A stretch of 63,257 nucleotides of DNA, counting the filler, from Octopus bimaculoides (Eukaryota), in assembly GCF_001194135.2 (NCBI RefSeq). It is 6 parts of 5 records of this genome, joined end to end, with 100 filler letters (N's around TTAATTAATTAA, not from the genome) between each part and the next. Parts side by side here need not be neighbours in the genome. Positions count along the whole stretch, not along the records: positions 1 to 15,047 come from NC_068991.1; 5 more parts are not named here. One strand, given 5' to 3'. Made by a program: the position numbers and the translations under genes. This document shows, one piece after another, positions 1-10,593 of the stretch. The notes under the pieces are model-generated. The model did no database searches, was not told the origin of the DNA, and saw only the letters and a program-made list of their open reading frames with translations. How positions within the stretch are numbered: the stretch's first letter is position 1; every line of letters starts with the position of its first letter.

Positions 1-27
1 AGAAAAGAATATTTTTTTATCGACATA

Positions 28-71
28 CACAGACATACAGGAAGTAAATAGACAGCTTTAATTTTCAAAAT
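28..71 (+). repeat. Left TIR of Tc1 element
   Basis: CACAGACATACAGGAAGTAAATAGACAGCTTTAATTTTCAAAAT; reverse complement of 1240-1283 apart from 2 positions. Confidence 0.92.
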
Positions 72-177
72 TTCTGATCTAAGCGTCTTAATATGTTTTC
101 AGCGGTGTAGAATTTACAATGTAATTATTCTTTTTCGTTCCAGGTGCCATTATATTGAGCATTTGCGAAGAGTAACC

Positions 178-1179
178 ATGCCATGCACAAAAAAATTAGC
201 AGAATTGTCAGATTTTCAAAGAGGTCGTATTGCTGGGCAATCTGAAGCTGGTCTTAACCAGCGAAAAATTGCCGAAAATCTTAAAATTCCTCTTGCTACT
301 ATTAATAGAATTATACTGCAATTCAAAAGCCAAGGAATAGAATCAACAGATTCTCGTCCCGGCCGATCTGGGCCCTCGGAAAGGAAGCTTCGCTGTTTGA
401 AGAGAATTGTGGAAAACGAAGCCCGTTCGAAAGCTTCTGACATTGCAAAACAACTAAAAGTTAGTCCAAGAACATGTGTAAAATATCTCCATAAGCTTAG
501 GTATTATGGAAGAGCAGCTAGAAGAAAACTTCTCTTTCAACCAATTAATTTCATGAAAAGAAAGAAATGGGCTAAGGAAATGTCAGAAAATCCAGTTCAT
601 TTTGGGATAAAGTGATTTTCTCAGATGAATCCAAGTTTGCATTATTTTCAGACAGTGGACGTGTTTGGGTCTGGAAGCTTAACAATCAAGAATTTGATTT
701 GAAACGACTCCAACCAATTGTGAAATATGGCGGTATCTCTGTAATGGTATGAAGAGCTGTCACCATCAATGGTCGTTCTGAGCTGGTCAAATGTGTTGGA
801 ACCATAAAATCTGAAAAATACATCGAAATACTTAAGCAAGGACTACTTCCGATGTATTCACACGATAACATAACGAAAAATGAGTTTTTATTCATGGAAA
901 ATGGGGCTCCAGGCTACAGAGCTGACTGAAAATGGGATCAAAAAGCTTCCTTGGCCGAGCCAATCTCCTGATATGATCCCAATTGAAAATCTTTGGAGCA
1001 TACTAGATAGAGCTATATGAAAAACTCGACAGAAACCTAAATCTAAAGATGAATTGTTTCAGTTGTTGCGTGAAAAGTGGGCAGAAATTCCATAAGAGAC
1101 AATCACAAAGCTCATCAGTTCAATGCCAAAAAGAGTTTCTGAATTAAAAACTGCAAAGGAAATGTCAAATAAATACTAA
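178..1179 (+). pseudogene. Tc1 DDE transposase pseudogene
   Basis: N-terminal HTH ([32 protein letters not shown]). After a frameshift near 600: [29 protein letters not shown] (second D mutated to N), WPSQSPDMIPIENLW, SSMPKRV, ending KY* at 1177-1179. Several internal stops. Confidence 0.92.
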
Positions 1180-1239
1180 AGTATGTAACCCTACTTATCG
1201 ATTACATTTCAATTGTTCACTTTGCGTATTAAATAAAAG

Positions 1240-1283
1240 ATTTTGAAAATTAAAGATGTCTATTTACTTCCTGCATGTCTGTG
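1240..1283 (-). repeat. Right TIR of Tc1 element
   Basis: ATTTTGAAAATTAAAGATGTCTATTTACTTCCTGCATGTCTGTG followed by TA. Confidence 0.92.
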
Positions 1284-1444
1284 TATATATATGTATACAA
1301 TTTATTTTCTTAAATATATCACCTTTTACGGTGTAACAGTCGTTATTTGATTTTCAAGTTAGCGTTTAAGTGGGGGAGGTAGGGTGAGACAAAATGTGCA
1401 GATTAATTTCGATGTGTGCGTGTGTGAATGTATGTATTTCAATT

Positions 1445-1680
1445 TACTTTCTCCTAGCTATGTATTCTTTTCTACTCTAGGCACAAGGCCCGAAATTTTG
1501 GGGGAGGGGACCAGTCGGTTAGATCGTTCCAGTACGCAACTGGTACTTAATTTATCGACTCCGAAAGGATGAAAAGCAAAGTCGACTTTGGCTGAATTTG
1601 AACTCAGAACGTAATAACAGACGAAGTACCGCAAAGTATTTCGCCCGGCGTGCTAACGTTTCTGCCAGCTCGCCGCCTTT
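1445..1680 (-). mobile_element. tRNA-derived SINE, family A (head GGCGGCGAGCTGGCAGAA; core CTTTCATCCTTTCGGGGTCGATAAA, Meta-SINE-like by recollection)
   Basis: Reverse complement matches copies at 9495-9690, 27850-28075, 33564-33762, 43262-43684 and 49318-49542. Confidence 0.85.
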
Positions 1681-2089
1681 CCTAGCTATCTATTTGTATG
1701 TGCCTGTTTCATTAGTAATTTGCTTGTTTGTGACAGTTATATTTTCGAAGCAACGCCGCCTAACGTTCGATAGATAAGATAATATATCGTTGTAGAAAAA
1801 GATGTAAGATAAAAGTAGACATGTAACAGCCGTAACAAGCTCCCGGTGGGATATTAAGAAATACCCAACCTTTAAATTTTTCCAAAGTTTCATTTGACTG
1901 CTGTAGTCTATTCAAAAGATAGGTGGGATTTTCTTTCATTTATTTCTTGCCTATTTAATCGTGGTAAACCTGGAGAATTGACATCTGTTCGTGGCTATGA
2001 AGTTTAATGGAATGCGTAATACGGAGATTGTTTACGTGTGTTTCTATTTCTACGTATGATTAGAAATATATTAAACACCTACACAATCT

Positions 2090-2109
2090 CCTCTACATAC
2101 ATACATACA

Positions 2110-2141
<32 letters not shown>

Positions 2142-2265
2142 AACATACATACATACATACACATACATATATACATACCCTCACGCAAATACATATATAC
2201 TCATACATACATGTGCATACATTCATGCATATATACATGCATATACAGTTATATACATATACAAA
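2090..2265. repeat. (TACA)n/(TA)n microsatellite
   Basis: Long run of CATA/TACA units. Confidence 0.9.
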
Positions 2266-2863
2266 CGTAAATATATATGCATTATATTTATTGGGTATGC
2301 GGATATTTTGAAAATAGCACCCGTTCAACCACCCTTAGCAGGGATATAGCAAGTCGTGGGACTGCCACATGGCAAATTGTGAAGAGGCAGCAGAAGAGCC
2401 CAACTGAACTAACGGTGCTTCTTACATTGATGCTGAGTGGAAGAATCCTTGAAGATCAAAGGTCAGGATCACCAAGCTCTATCAAGAGAGTAACTGCAAC
2501 ACATCCATGAAAGATTCAATATAACTCAAGCTCCCGATTCAAATTCATAATAATGGAATTAATTGGCAACAGGGAGGGAATCAGGGAAATCCACGAAAGC
2601 AGCGAACAAATATCTGTTTGTTTGTCTTTCAGTCTGTCTGACAAAATCACAGACTAGAGCACACACGTGTTCACAAAAACACTCTGCTTCATGATGTCAC
2701 TGCTAGCTCTCACTGCGCACGTAACAGTATGCTGTCATCTGTTGGCTCGCTATAGGACTAGTCCAATAACTTTTTGATACTACCTCCTATGTATGTATGT
2801 ATGTATGTGTGTATGTAGATATCTATGCATATGTATGTATATATATATGTAAGTATGTACATG

Positions 2864-2900
<37 letters not shown>

Positions 2901-5092
2901 NNNNNNNNNNNNNNNNNNNNNNNNNNNNNNNNNNNNNNNNNNNNNNNNNNNNNNNNNNNNNNNNNNNNNNNNNNNNNNNNNNNNNNNNNNNNNNNNNNNN
3001 NNNNNNNNNNNNNNNNNNNNNNNNNNNNNNNNNNNNNNNNNNNNNNNNNNNNNNNNNNNATATATCCTCTTTCTAATTCTTTTAATCCCCCTTTTTTCTC
3101 TCATCCTTTCTCTAGTTCTTCTCCTCCCCCTCACCATTCTCTATCTGTCCCTCTCTCTCTCTCTCTCACTCTTCCTTCTTGACTCTCCCGTTGCTCACTC
3201 GTGACCAGCGGCCATCTTTCTTTTCCTAACTTGAATTTCTTTCTTTCCTCTCGTTCATCTACAGGGATAGGACGCATTCTTGCCTGTCTCCTGTCAAAGC
3301 TTGTTTCACCAGCATTCACCACTTCACCTCGTTATGGCTTAACAGCCCTTACCATTTGTTTTCACTGTCCTGTTTTTGTTACCGGCTTTGAACCTCCGCA
3401 AATCCTAAATATTATTCAATTTTCTTTGCTGGAGCAACTGTTTTGACGAAGAAGCATCTTGTCGTAATGCTCGAAATGCGTAGTAGGTAACACAGCGGAC
3501 AACTGATGAAGGGGTTATTCATTATGTTGCATGTCTTGTTTTTCCATTTGTTTCTGTCGTTGTTCGCAAAAAAAAGTTCGTTTCCCATGTATTCGTATTT
3601 CATGCTCTCGTTTTTCATGTTGTTTACGCTTTCTGACGTGCTGTACTCATATATGCTTATGTATATACATATATATGTAAATATGTACATGTATGTATGT
3701 ATGTATGTATGCATATATATATATCATTTATATTATTATTATTATTATTATATATATATAGATAGATAGATGAATGCACACACGCACACACACAATCACA
3801 CACACGTATACACACTCACACACACACACACACACACACACACTGCTTTGTTTGTTGGGACATGTCAAAGGAGACGCGAGTGAGCGTTCATCTGAATTGT
3901 TCAGTGTGAATCAGTAAGCGATACGAGTGATGTGGTTTTGATAAATAAGAGAGATTACATGCGTGAGACACTGCAAATTCCTTACTTTTGTTGCTGAGAT
4001 TTTAGACTAAAAAAACTGATCTACAAAGTGCTTTAGACGTATACGTCATTATTCCCCATAATTTGCCGCCTAATGTGCGTAAATTATATTAATTCGTAGT
4101 TAGAAAGGTATATTTAGCGAAAAGATAAATTTATGTACAGAATTTCCTTCTCCTGTCATTCACTTTCAACGTGAAGAATATATTTCTTCTTCTTTCATTT
4201 GCGAGTTCTTCCAGTTTTAATAGTATTGTACCAAAGCAATGTTTATTTAGCTTGAATCAATGAAGGAATTTTTACGTGATCGGTTGACCTGTTAGAAATA
4301 GCAGTCAAGCAGCCCTCAAATCGCACCCTGTTATCTTAAAAGAAGAAAAAGGAAGAACGCGATTCTGAATCATGTATATTTTACATTTGAGATGAAATAG
4401 TTATTAGGTGTAAGTAATGATAAGGGTGAGTAGACATACTGATTGAGGAATTACATAAGAAAACGAGTGAAGGAGCAAATGACTATACGAACCAGTAACC
4501 AGGAGAAGACGCATAGATGATTGAGTGAGTGAGTGAGTGAGTGAGTGAGTGAATGAGTGAATGAGGGGATGAATGAGTGTAAGGGCTTGAATAAATGATT
4601 CGAAAGATTTATGTGTGAATGAATATGTAGGATGATATGAGTGACAGACTGAGTCAGTAATCCAGTAATTAGTGGAAGGAGAGGTTGAATTAGTTGTGTG
4701 TAATTTTTCGAATGCTTATGTTAGTAAAGAACGCTGGGATATGACTGAGGTTTAAATGATGGATGACTGAAATAACAAGTCAGGGATGAGACTGAAAAAG
4801 TGTGCTGCGTCAATAAATGAAGGAATGAATTAATGAATGAGTGAATGAAAGAATTAGCCTGTATTTTTCTGATGTTTCGACTTAACTTCAAGACGAATTT
4901 TCTTCCAAATATAGTATGTCTACACCCGCATTATCCAGCCTGTCCATCCTACTTTGAGTTGGTGGGTTTGATTTGAAGGAGGTTTGGCTTATATTTCTAG
5001 CAGGGCGGATGACTACGTAGAAGTTAACGTGTAGGAAGTAAGATATGTCTGAATAAGTGAATAAGTGAACTAGTTTTGTTGTTCTTGTTCAG

Positions 5093-5145
5093 CTCCAGGC
5101 ACGCCCACATTGAACAGATGTATGATCAAAAAATTATAAAGATGG
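5093..5145 (+). CDS. Candidate internal exon, product unknown (xSRHAHIEQMYDQKIIKM, phase 2 to 1)
   Basis: Strong acceptor TTTTGTTGTTCTTGTTCAG and donor GG|GTATGC; only one frame is open. No homology recognised. Confidence 0.3.
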
Positions 5146-5263
5146 GTATGCCGCCATTTTTTCAGGCATACTCTATCTAAGACTTCATTAATCAATGTGA
5201 CCTTCTGTTTTTTTAAGACGTTACGATGTGTTATTAGGAGAATTTTGTTGCTATTTCTATCAG

Positions 5264-5293
5264 GTTGAACGACCAGGGCAGTGAATATCTGTG
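5264..5293 (+). CDS. Candidate 30-nt exon (xLNDQGSEYL-C/W)
   Basis: Acceptor TTGCTATTTCTATCAG and donor TG|GTACGT; one open frame; phase-compatible with 5385-5446. Confidence 0.3.
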
Positions 5294-5384
5294 GTACGTG
5301 TTCTGGTTAGAAATTGATCCTCCCTCCACACCACATTCATACCAACACAAGGTCTTAAGATCAACTTTATTTTATCAATTGTAG

Positions 5385-5446
5385 CATTCTTGACTTTCCT
5401 GACACAGAAAATTACTACGTGTTTGGAAAGGGCACAAGAATACAAG
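5385..5446 (+). CDS. Candidate 62-nt exon (either CILDFPDTENYYVFGKGTRIQ or AFLTFLTQKITTCLERAQEYK)
   Basis: Acceptor TTTATTTTATCAATTGTAG and donor AG|GTTACG; two frames are open. Confidence 0.35.
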
Positions 5447-5596
5447 GTTACGAACTAAACGGAAGTTTAACCTAACAACTGATTCAAGAGAAACATATTT
5501 CAAACACAAAATAAACAAATAAATGAATGGAAGATTAAAAAATAAATAAGGGAAGAAATATAAAAAAAATAAAGGCGGGCTGATTACGGCAGCACG

Positions 5597-5641
<45 letters not shown>

Positions 5642-6732
5642 ATACATTGAAACACAAACATGCATATATATACATACACGCACCACATCCTGACACGCAC
5701 ATACACACACTGACACAAATATACACATATATTATTTGCACATGTACATGTTACTAAACTTACAAATATACATAAATACNNNNNNNNNNNNNNNNNNNNN
5801 NNNNNNNNNNNNNNNNNNNNNNNNNNNNNNNNNNNNNNNNNNNNNNNNNNNNNNNNNNNNNNNNNNNNNNNNNNNNNNNNNNNNNNNNNNNNNNNNNNNN
5901 NNNNNNNNNNNNNNNNNNNNNNNNNNNNNNNNNNNNNNNNNNNNNNNNNNNNNNNNNNNNNNNNNNNNNNNNNNNNNNNNNNNNNNNNNNNNNNNNNNNN
6001 NNNNNNNNNNNNNNNNNNNNNNNNNNNNNNNNNNNNNNNNNNNNNNNNNNNNNNNNNNNNNNNNNNNNNNNNNNNNNNNNNNNNNNNNNNNNNNNNNNNN
6101 NNNNNNNNNNNNNNNNNNNNNNNNNNNNNNNNNNNNNNNNNNNNNNNNNNNNNNNNNNNNNNNNNNNNNNNNNNNNNNNNNNNNNNNNNNNNNNNNNNNN
6201 NNNNNNNNNNNNNNNNNNNNNNNNNNNNNNNNNNNNNNNNNNNNNNNNNNNNNNNNNNNNNNNNNNNNNNNNNNNNNNNNNNNNNNNNNNNNNNNNNNNN
6301 NNNNNNNNNNNNNNNNNNNNNNNNNNNNNNNNNNNNNNNNNNNNNNNNNNNNNNNNNNNNNNNNNNNNNNNNNNNNNNNNNNNNNNNNNNNNNNNNNNNN
6401 NNNNNNNNNNNNNNNNNNNNNNNNNNNNNNNNNNNNNNNNNNNNNNNNNNNNNNNNNNNNNNNNNNNNNNNNNNNNNNNNNNNNNNNNNNNNNNNNNNNN
6501 NNNNNNNNNNNNNNNNNNNNNNNNNNNNNNNNNNNNNNNNNNNNNNNNNNNNNNNNNNNNNNNNNNNNNNNNNNNNNNNNNNNNNNNNNNNNNNNNNNNN
6601 NNNNNNNNNNNNNNNNNNNNNNNNNNNNNNNNNNNNNNNNNNNNNNNNNNNNNNNNNNNNNNNNNNNNNNNNNNNNNNNNNNNNNNNNNNNNNNNNNNNN
6701 NNNNNNNNNNNNNNNNNNNNNNNNNNNNNNNN

Positions 6733-7265
6733 TTACAATCAACACATTTTTACCAACGAGTTACAAGTTTGTTTATTCCGGTAACACAAAAATCTGGAGT
6801 TCTGGAGCTGACGAACTCTTTGAACGCACTTTCAGCATCGGTTTGATTTTTTAACACCTCGCAGACGAAACCATCAAGGTGCTTGAAAAGGTGGTAGAAG
6901 AAAGTTCTGGAGAATAATCTGGGTGAGGTAGAACTTCGTTGCCAAGTTCCTTCAACTTCTGGAGCATCTTTAGTGAAAGGTGTGGTCGAGCATTGTCTTG
7001 AAGAATGATTGACCCTCTTATGTTGACCAGTCTGGGACGGAGGAGTAGCAGTTTTTTGTTCATTTTGGCAATTTCATGGCAAAACAGTTCCTGCACTAAT
7101 GGTTTTCCTGAGTTTTAAGAAGTTATAGTGGATGAGTCCAGCAGTACACCACCAAACAACAGTCACCATTACTTTCTTTTTGAAGAGCTCAGGTCTAGGA
7201 AGATTTTCATGCTTCATTTTGATCCAACCACTGCGAAGAATGATTTTTATTATAGTACAGAATCT
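6733..7265 (-). mobile_element. Mariner-type (DD34D) transposase remnant
   Basis: Minus strand reads QWLD...KKVMVTVVWWCTAGLIHYNFL, ILQDNARPH, VLPHPDYSPELS: mariner HDNARPH and HPPYSPDL motifs, with frameshifts. Confidence 0.88.
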
Positions 7266-7269
7266 ACCT

Positions 7270-9360
7270 AACCTCCATCTATCCTACGTCACCTGAGGTC
7301 GTTGAGGAAACAAGCCTGCTTCCACTTCGAACACAGTCCACGTACATTCAAACAGATTATACTAGGTGTAGCCATCTCTCAAAGGAAAAAAAACGAAAAA
7401 AATGACTTACCTCGCCACCCTCCTTCAGGCTTTGTTCAACCGGCGGGTTGATTAATTTTTGGAGTGACCCAAGCTCCGCAATGTTTTTTGGGGTGCATCT
7501 TTTTCATGTCAGTATACAACTTCATTGAGATTCTTCCGTAAGTAAAGACTACATCTTCAACATCAATCTGGAAGATTCTTGCTTGCAGGTGGGGCACAAT
7601 CACACCCGCCAAATAAGTGTTGGTGTTTCTAAACACTATCATTACCGTTTCAGGGATTTTTCTTTCCCACAGGTTTGGTGGCTTGTACCAGGCCACCTCT
7701 TCTGTCGTTCCTTTCCTCTCTATCAGTTTTTCAGCTGTGGCCTTTCTGGCCACCTGTGGGATTTTCTTTTCCATTTTTGGGAGGGATTTATTTTTTCCCT
7801 GTGTTACCGCTTTTGGTCTTTTTCTTGAGACCACCTGGAACTTCATTTCGCCATCCTCTTTCTGGGCCGCCGCCCCGTCGCTGCTGGTGGTAGCCCCCTG
7901 GTTAAGGGCCTCCTTGGACAGGGCTACCACCTGTTCCTCACTGGTTACTTTTTTACTGGTGGTAGCCCTCTGGGTAATGGCCTCTTGGCCGGGGCTACCA
8001 CCTGTTCCTCACTGGTTACTTTTTTACTGGTGGTAGCCCTCTGGGTAATGGCCTCTTGGCCGGGGCTACCACCTTNNNNNNNNNNNNNNNNNNNNNNNNN
8101 NNNNNNNNNNNNNNNNNNNNNNNNNNNNNNNNNNNNNNNNNNNNNNNNNNNNNNNNNNNNNNNNNNNNNNNNNNNNNNNNNNNNNNNNNNNNNNNNNNNN
8201 NNNNNNNNNNNNNNNNNNNNNNNNNNNNNNNNNNNNNNNNNNNNNNNNNNNNNNNNNNNNNNNNNNNNNNNNNNNNNNNNNNNNNNNNNNNNNNNNNNNN
8301 NNNNNNNNNNNNNNNNNNNNNNNNNNNNNNNNNNNNNNNNNNNNNNNNNNNNNTGGTAGCCCTCTGGGTAATGGCCTCTTGGCCGGGGCTACCACCTGTT
8401 CCTCACTGGTTACTTTTTTACTGGTGGTAGCCCTCTGGGTAATGGCCTCTTGGCCGGGGCTACCACCTGTTCCTCACTGGTTACTTTTTTACTGGTGGTA
8501 GCCCTCTGGGTAATGGCCTCTTGGCCGGGGCTACCACCTTCTCATTATTTGTCACATCTTTGTTATTACTGGTGGTAGCCTTCTGAGTAATGGCCTCGTT
8601 GGCCGAGGCTACCACCATCTCGTTGTTGGTTACACTGCTGGTGGTAGCCCCTGGGTAATGGCCTCCTTGGCCGGGGCTACCACTTTTGCAGCTTTCTCGT
8701 TGGTGGGGAGAACTTGCTTCTTCCCACTTACCACCTTTTTCTTGGGAGGCCCACGCTCGGCCCTCTGATGTCCCTTTCTTCCGCACCGGAAGCACCGAGG
8801 TTTTCTCCCTTCTACATTTATAATTAAGGCTGACTCCTCCGCAACCTGTATTCTATCGGGGAGCTCTTTTAAATCTTCAGGTGTAGCCTGTACAGGGACT
8901 TCCAAAGACTGTCCCCTCTAATTGTGGGAGACACATTTTTTATCTGGATTACCTTCAGTTTTTCCTTTCTATTGAAGAGAAGCATGGCAACTACCCATGC
9001 TACCTCAGCACCAGGAAGGATATTCATAATTTTTACCCGGGACGTCCTGCGTCCCAGATATAGTGGTAACAATGCCATTTTGTCATTCTGCAAGGTCCGA
9101 GCGGAATATTCCTTAGCCTTTTCAGCCAACTCGAACCTTGCTTGAGTACTTGTTACCTCGAGTCAGGAAGGCAATATCCTTAATTACTGACCCTAGGCAC
9201 TCTTCTATATCTTCCTCCTCGAACCGTATCACCTTTTTATATTTCAAGCAGAAAATTTTGTAGATTAAGGTTCTTTCCCGTCTGCAGGTCGTTATTTCAG
9301 GTGCTGAGGATTGTAACAACGGTGAAAAAAATATCAATGTTAATTCATTGATGCATTTGG
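7270..9360 (-). mobile_element. L1/Tx1-like non-LTR retrotransposon, 5' part (ORF1 plus start of ORF2), degenerate
   Basis: Gag-like ORF1 broken across frames, with zinc knuckle KPRCFRCGRKGHQRAER (last C lost). ORF2 starts at ATG 7375 as MATPSIICLNVRGLCSKWK, an APE endonuclease N-terminus, then is cut off at the mariner remnant. Confidence 0.8.
7884..8685. repeat. GC-rich minisatellite inside LINE ORF1 (71-bp homogeneous units plus older 68/78-bp units)
   Basis: Unit GGTGGTAGCCCTCTGGGTAATGGCCTCTTGGCCGGGGCTACCACCTGTTCCTCACTGGTTACTTTTTTACT, seen on both sides of the gap at 8076-8353. Confidence 0.92.
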
Positions 9361-9494
9361 GCAAGTCTATGACTGTATCATCAGACAATTGCAAAAAAAA
9401 TCAAGAATATTTAAAAATATTCAAAACTCTGCAAAATCCGGTACAAAATCATCATGGTTCAAACGTTGCTTACTTTGTATTCAACCTGATAAAA

Positions 9495-9690
9495 GGCGAG
9501 CTGGTAGAATCGTTAGCTTGGCGGTATTGTGTCTGTTTTTACGTTCTGAGTTCAAATTTCGCCGAGGTCGACTTTGCCCTTCATCCTTTCGGGGTCGATA
9601 AATTAAGTACTTGTTGCGTAATGGGGTCGATCTAATCGACTGGCCCCCTCCCCAAAAATTTCAGGCCTTGTACCTATAGCAGAAAGGTAT
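9495..9690 (+). mobile_element. SINE family A copy
   Basis: GAGCTGGTAGAATCGTTAGC...GTCGACTTTGCCCTTCATCCTTTCGGGGTCGATAAATTAAGTAC...CCCCAAAAATTTCAGGCCTTG. Confidence 0.85.
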
Positions 9691-10397
9691 ATATTAGGAA
9701 CTATATATAAGATAAATATTGAACACATGATATATAATCTATTATATCAAAATACTAACGATAAATTCTTGTGGTGTCAAATATTTATCACACTGTATGA
9801 ATGGAAGCGTAAGGGTATTTAATCGAGGGAGAGAGAGAAAGGAATAGAGAGGACAGAAAGAGAAAAAGAGATTAAAACGAACGGTACGATGACATGCACA
9901 ATACAAACACCATACACAGAGAGAGAGATGACACTTAGCTGTGTGAATATGTATGCTTGTATGTGTGTGTGTGAGAGAGAAGGGGGGTTACGTTATATGC
10001 GCGCATGCCATTAGCGTTCGTATGTTTGTGAGTGTGTGTATGTGAAAGGATTCGTGTGACGAACGAGGAAGCTGAACCTACTAGGGAAAAATTGAGAATT
10101 GTTAATGACAAGAAGAGTTAAAAACATAAACGGTGTTGATAAGCGAGAATATTTTGCATAAGCCACAGTAAATTTGAATAGAGTGAGTAAAGTTTGATTG
10201 AGCTGGAATTCCCATGTCTCAGTGTACACGAACGCGTTAAATAGCATTGTTTATGCATTAATCTTTATTCAACACTGCTTCGTGCGACTTTACTTAATTA
10301 ACTATAGCTGACCAAGTTTTAAACATAACAGTAAATTTACTGTGTGCTCTTCTCACTTATAAGAAAAACTGCTCTTTTAGGGCTGTAGTGAAACTAC

Positions 10398-10431
10398 CTA
10401 TCGTCACTAGATACAAAACTACTATCGCCAT
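10398..10431 (-). CDS. Candidate first coding exon with signal-peptide-like start (MAIVVLYLVTI-G)
   Basis: ATG in gtaATGG context about 65 nt from the nearer E-box; hydrophobic peptide; phase-1 donor AG|GTAGTT. No downstream exons identified. Confidence 0.2.
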
Positions 10432-10495
10432 TACATACAATCTTCTCATTTAAATATAAATAAATGCGAGCGTAGTAGAGAACCCATTCCTTGTC

Positions 10496-10593
10496 ATCAC
10501 GTGACTGATTATTATTCGAATCGGCAACTTCTTCGAACCGTTCCCGCCAGAACGCAAACTGACTAATCACAGCCCTTAATAAGGTCACGTGAT
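10496..10593. promoter_or_regulatory. Pair of inverted GTCACGTGAT extended E-boxes (USF/MITF-TFEB, CLEAR-like) in a CpG-rich patch
   Basis: ATCACGTGAC at 10496-10505 and GTCACGTGAT at 10584-10593 are reverse complements, with TTCCCGCC (E2F-like) between them. Confidence 0.4.

Larger units (their letters stand above)
28..1283 (+). mobile_element. Full-length degenerate Tc1-family DNA transposon (1256 bp)
   Basis: 44-bp terminal inverted repeats (28-71 and 1240-1283, 2 mismatches), each flanked by TA (26-27, 1284-1285). Contains a broken transposase. Confidence 0.93.

Noticed and set aside
44-143. Apparent 100-nt intron (GTAAAT...TTCCAG) in the Tc1 leader
   Set aside because: The donor-like hexamer is part of the TIR and is mirrored at the right end; nothing else supports splicing.
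2071-2328. YI/CV/HT/ER/SL-repeat ORFs throughout the window
   Set aside because: Translations of dinucleotide and tetranucleotide microsatellites.
5732-6854. Long ORFs of 200-390 aa in the track (also near 10.6, 16, 40.6, 55.7, 58.2 and 59.7 kb)
   Set aside because: They are open only because N codons translate as X.
7921-8540. CRISPR-like array (palindromic repeats at regular spacing)
   Set aside because: The spacers are identical, there are no cas genes, and the context is a eukaryotic LINE ORF1.
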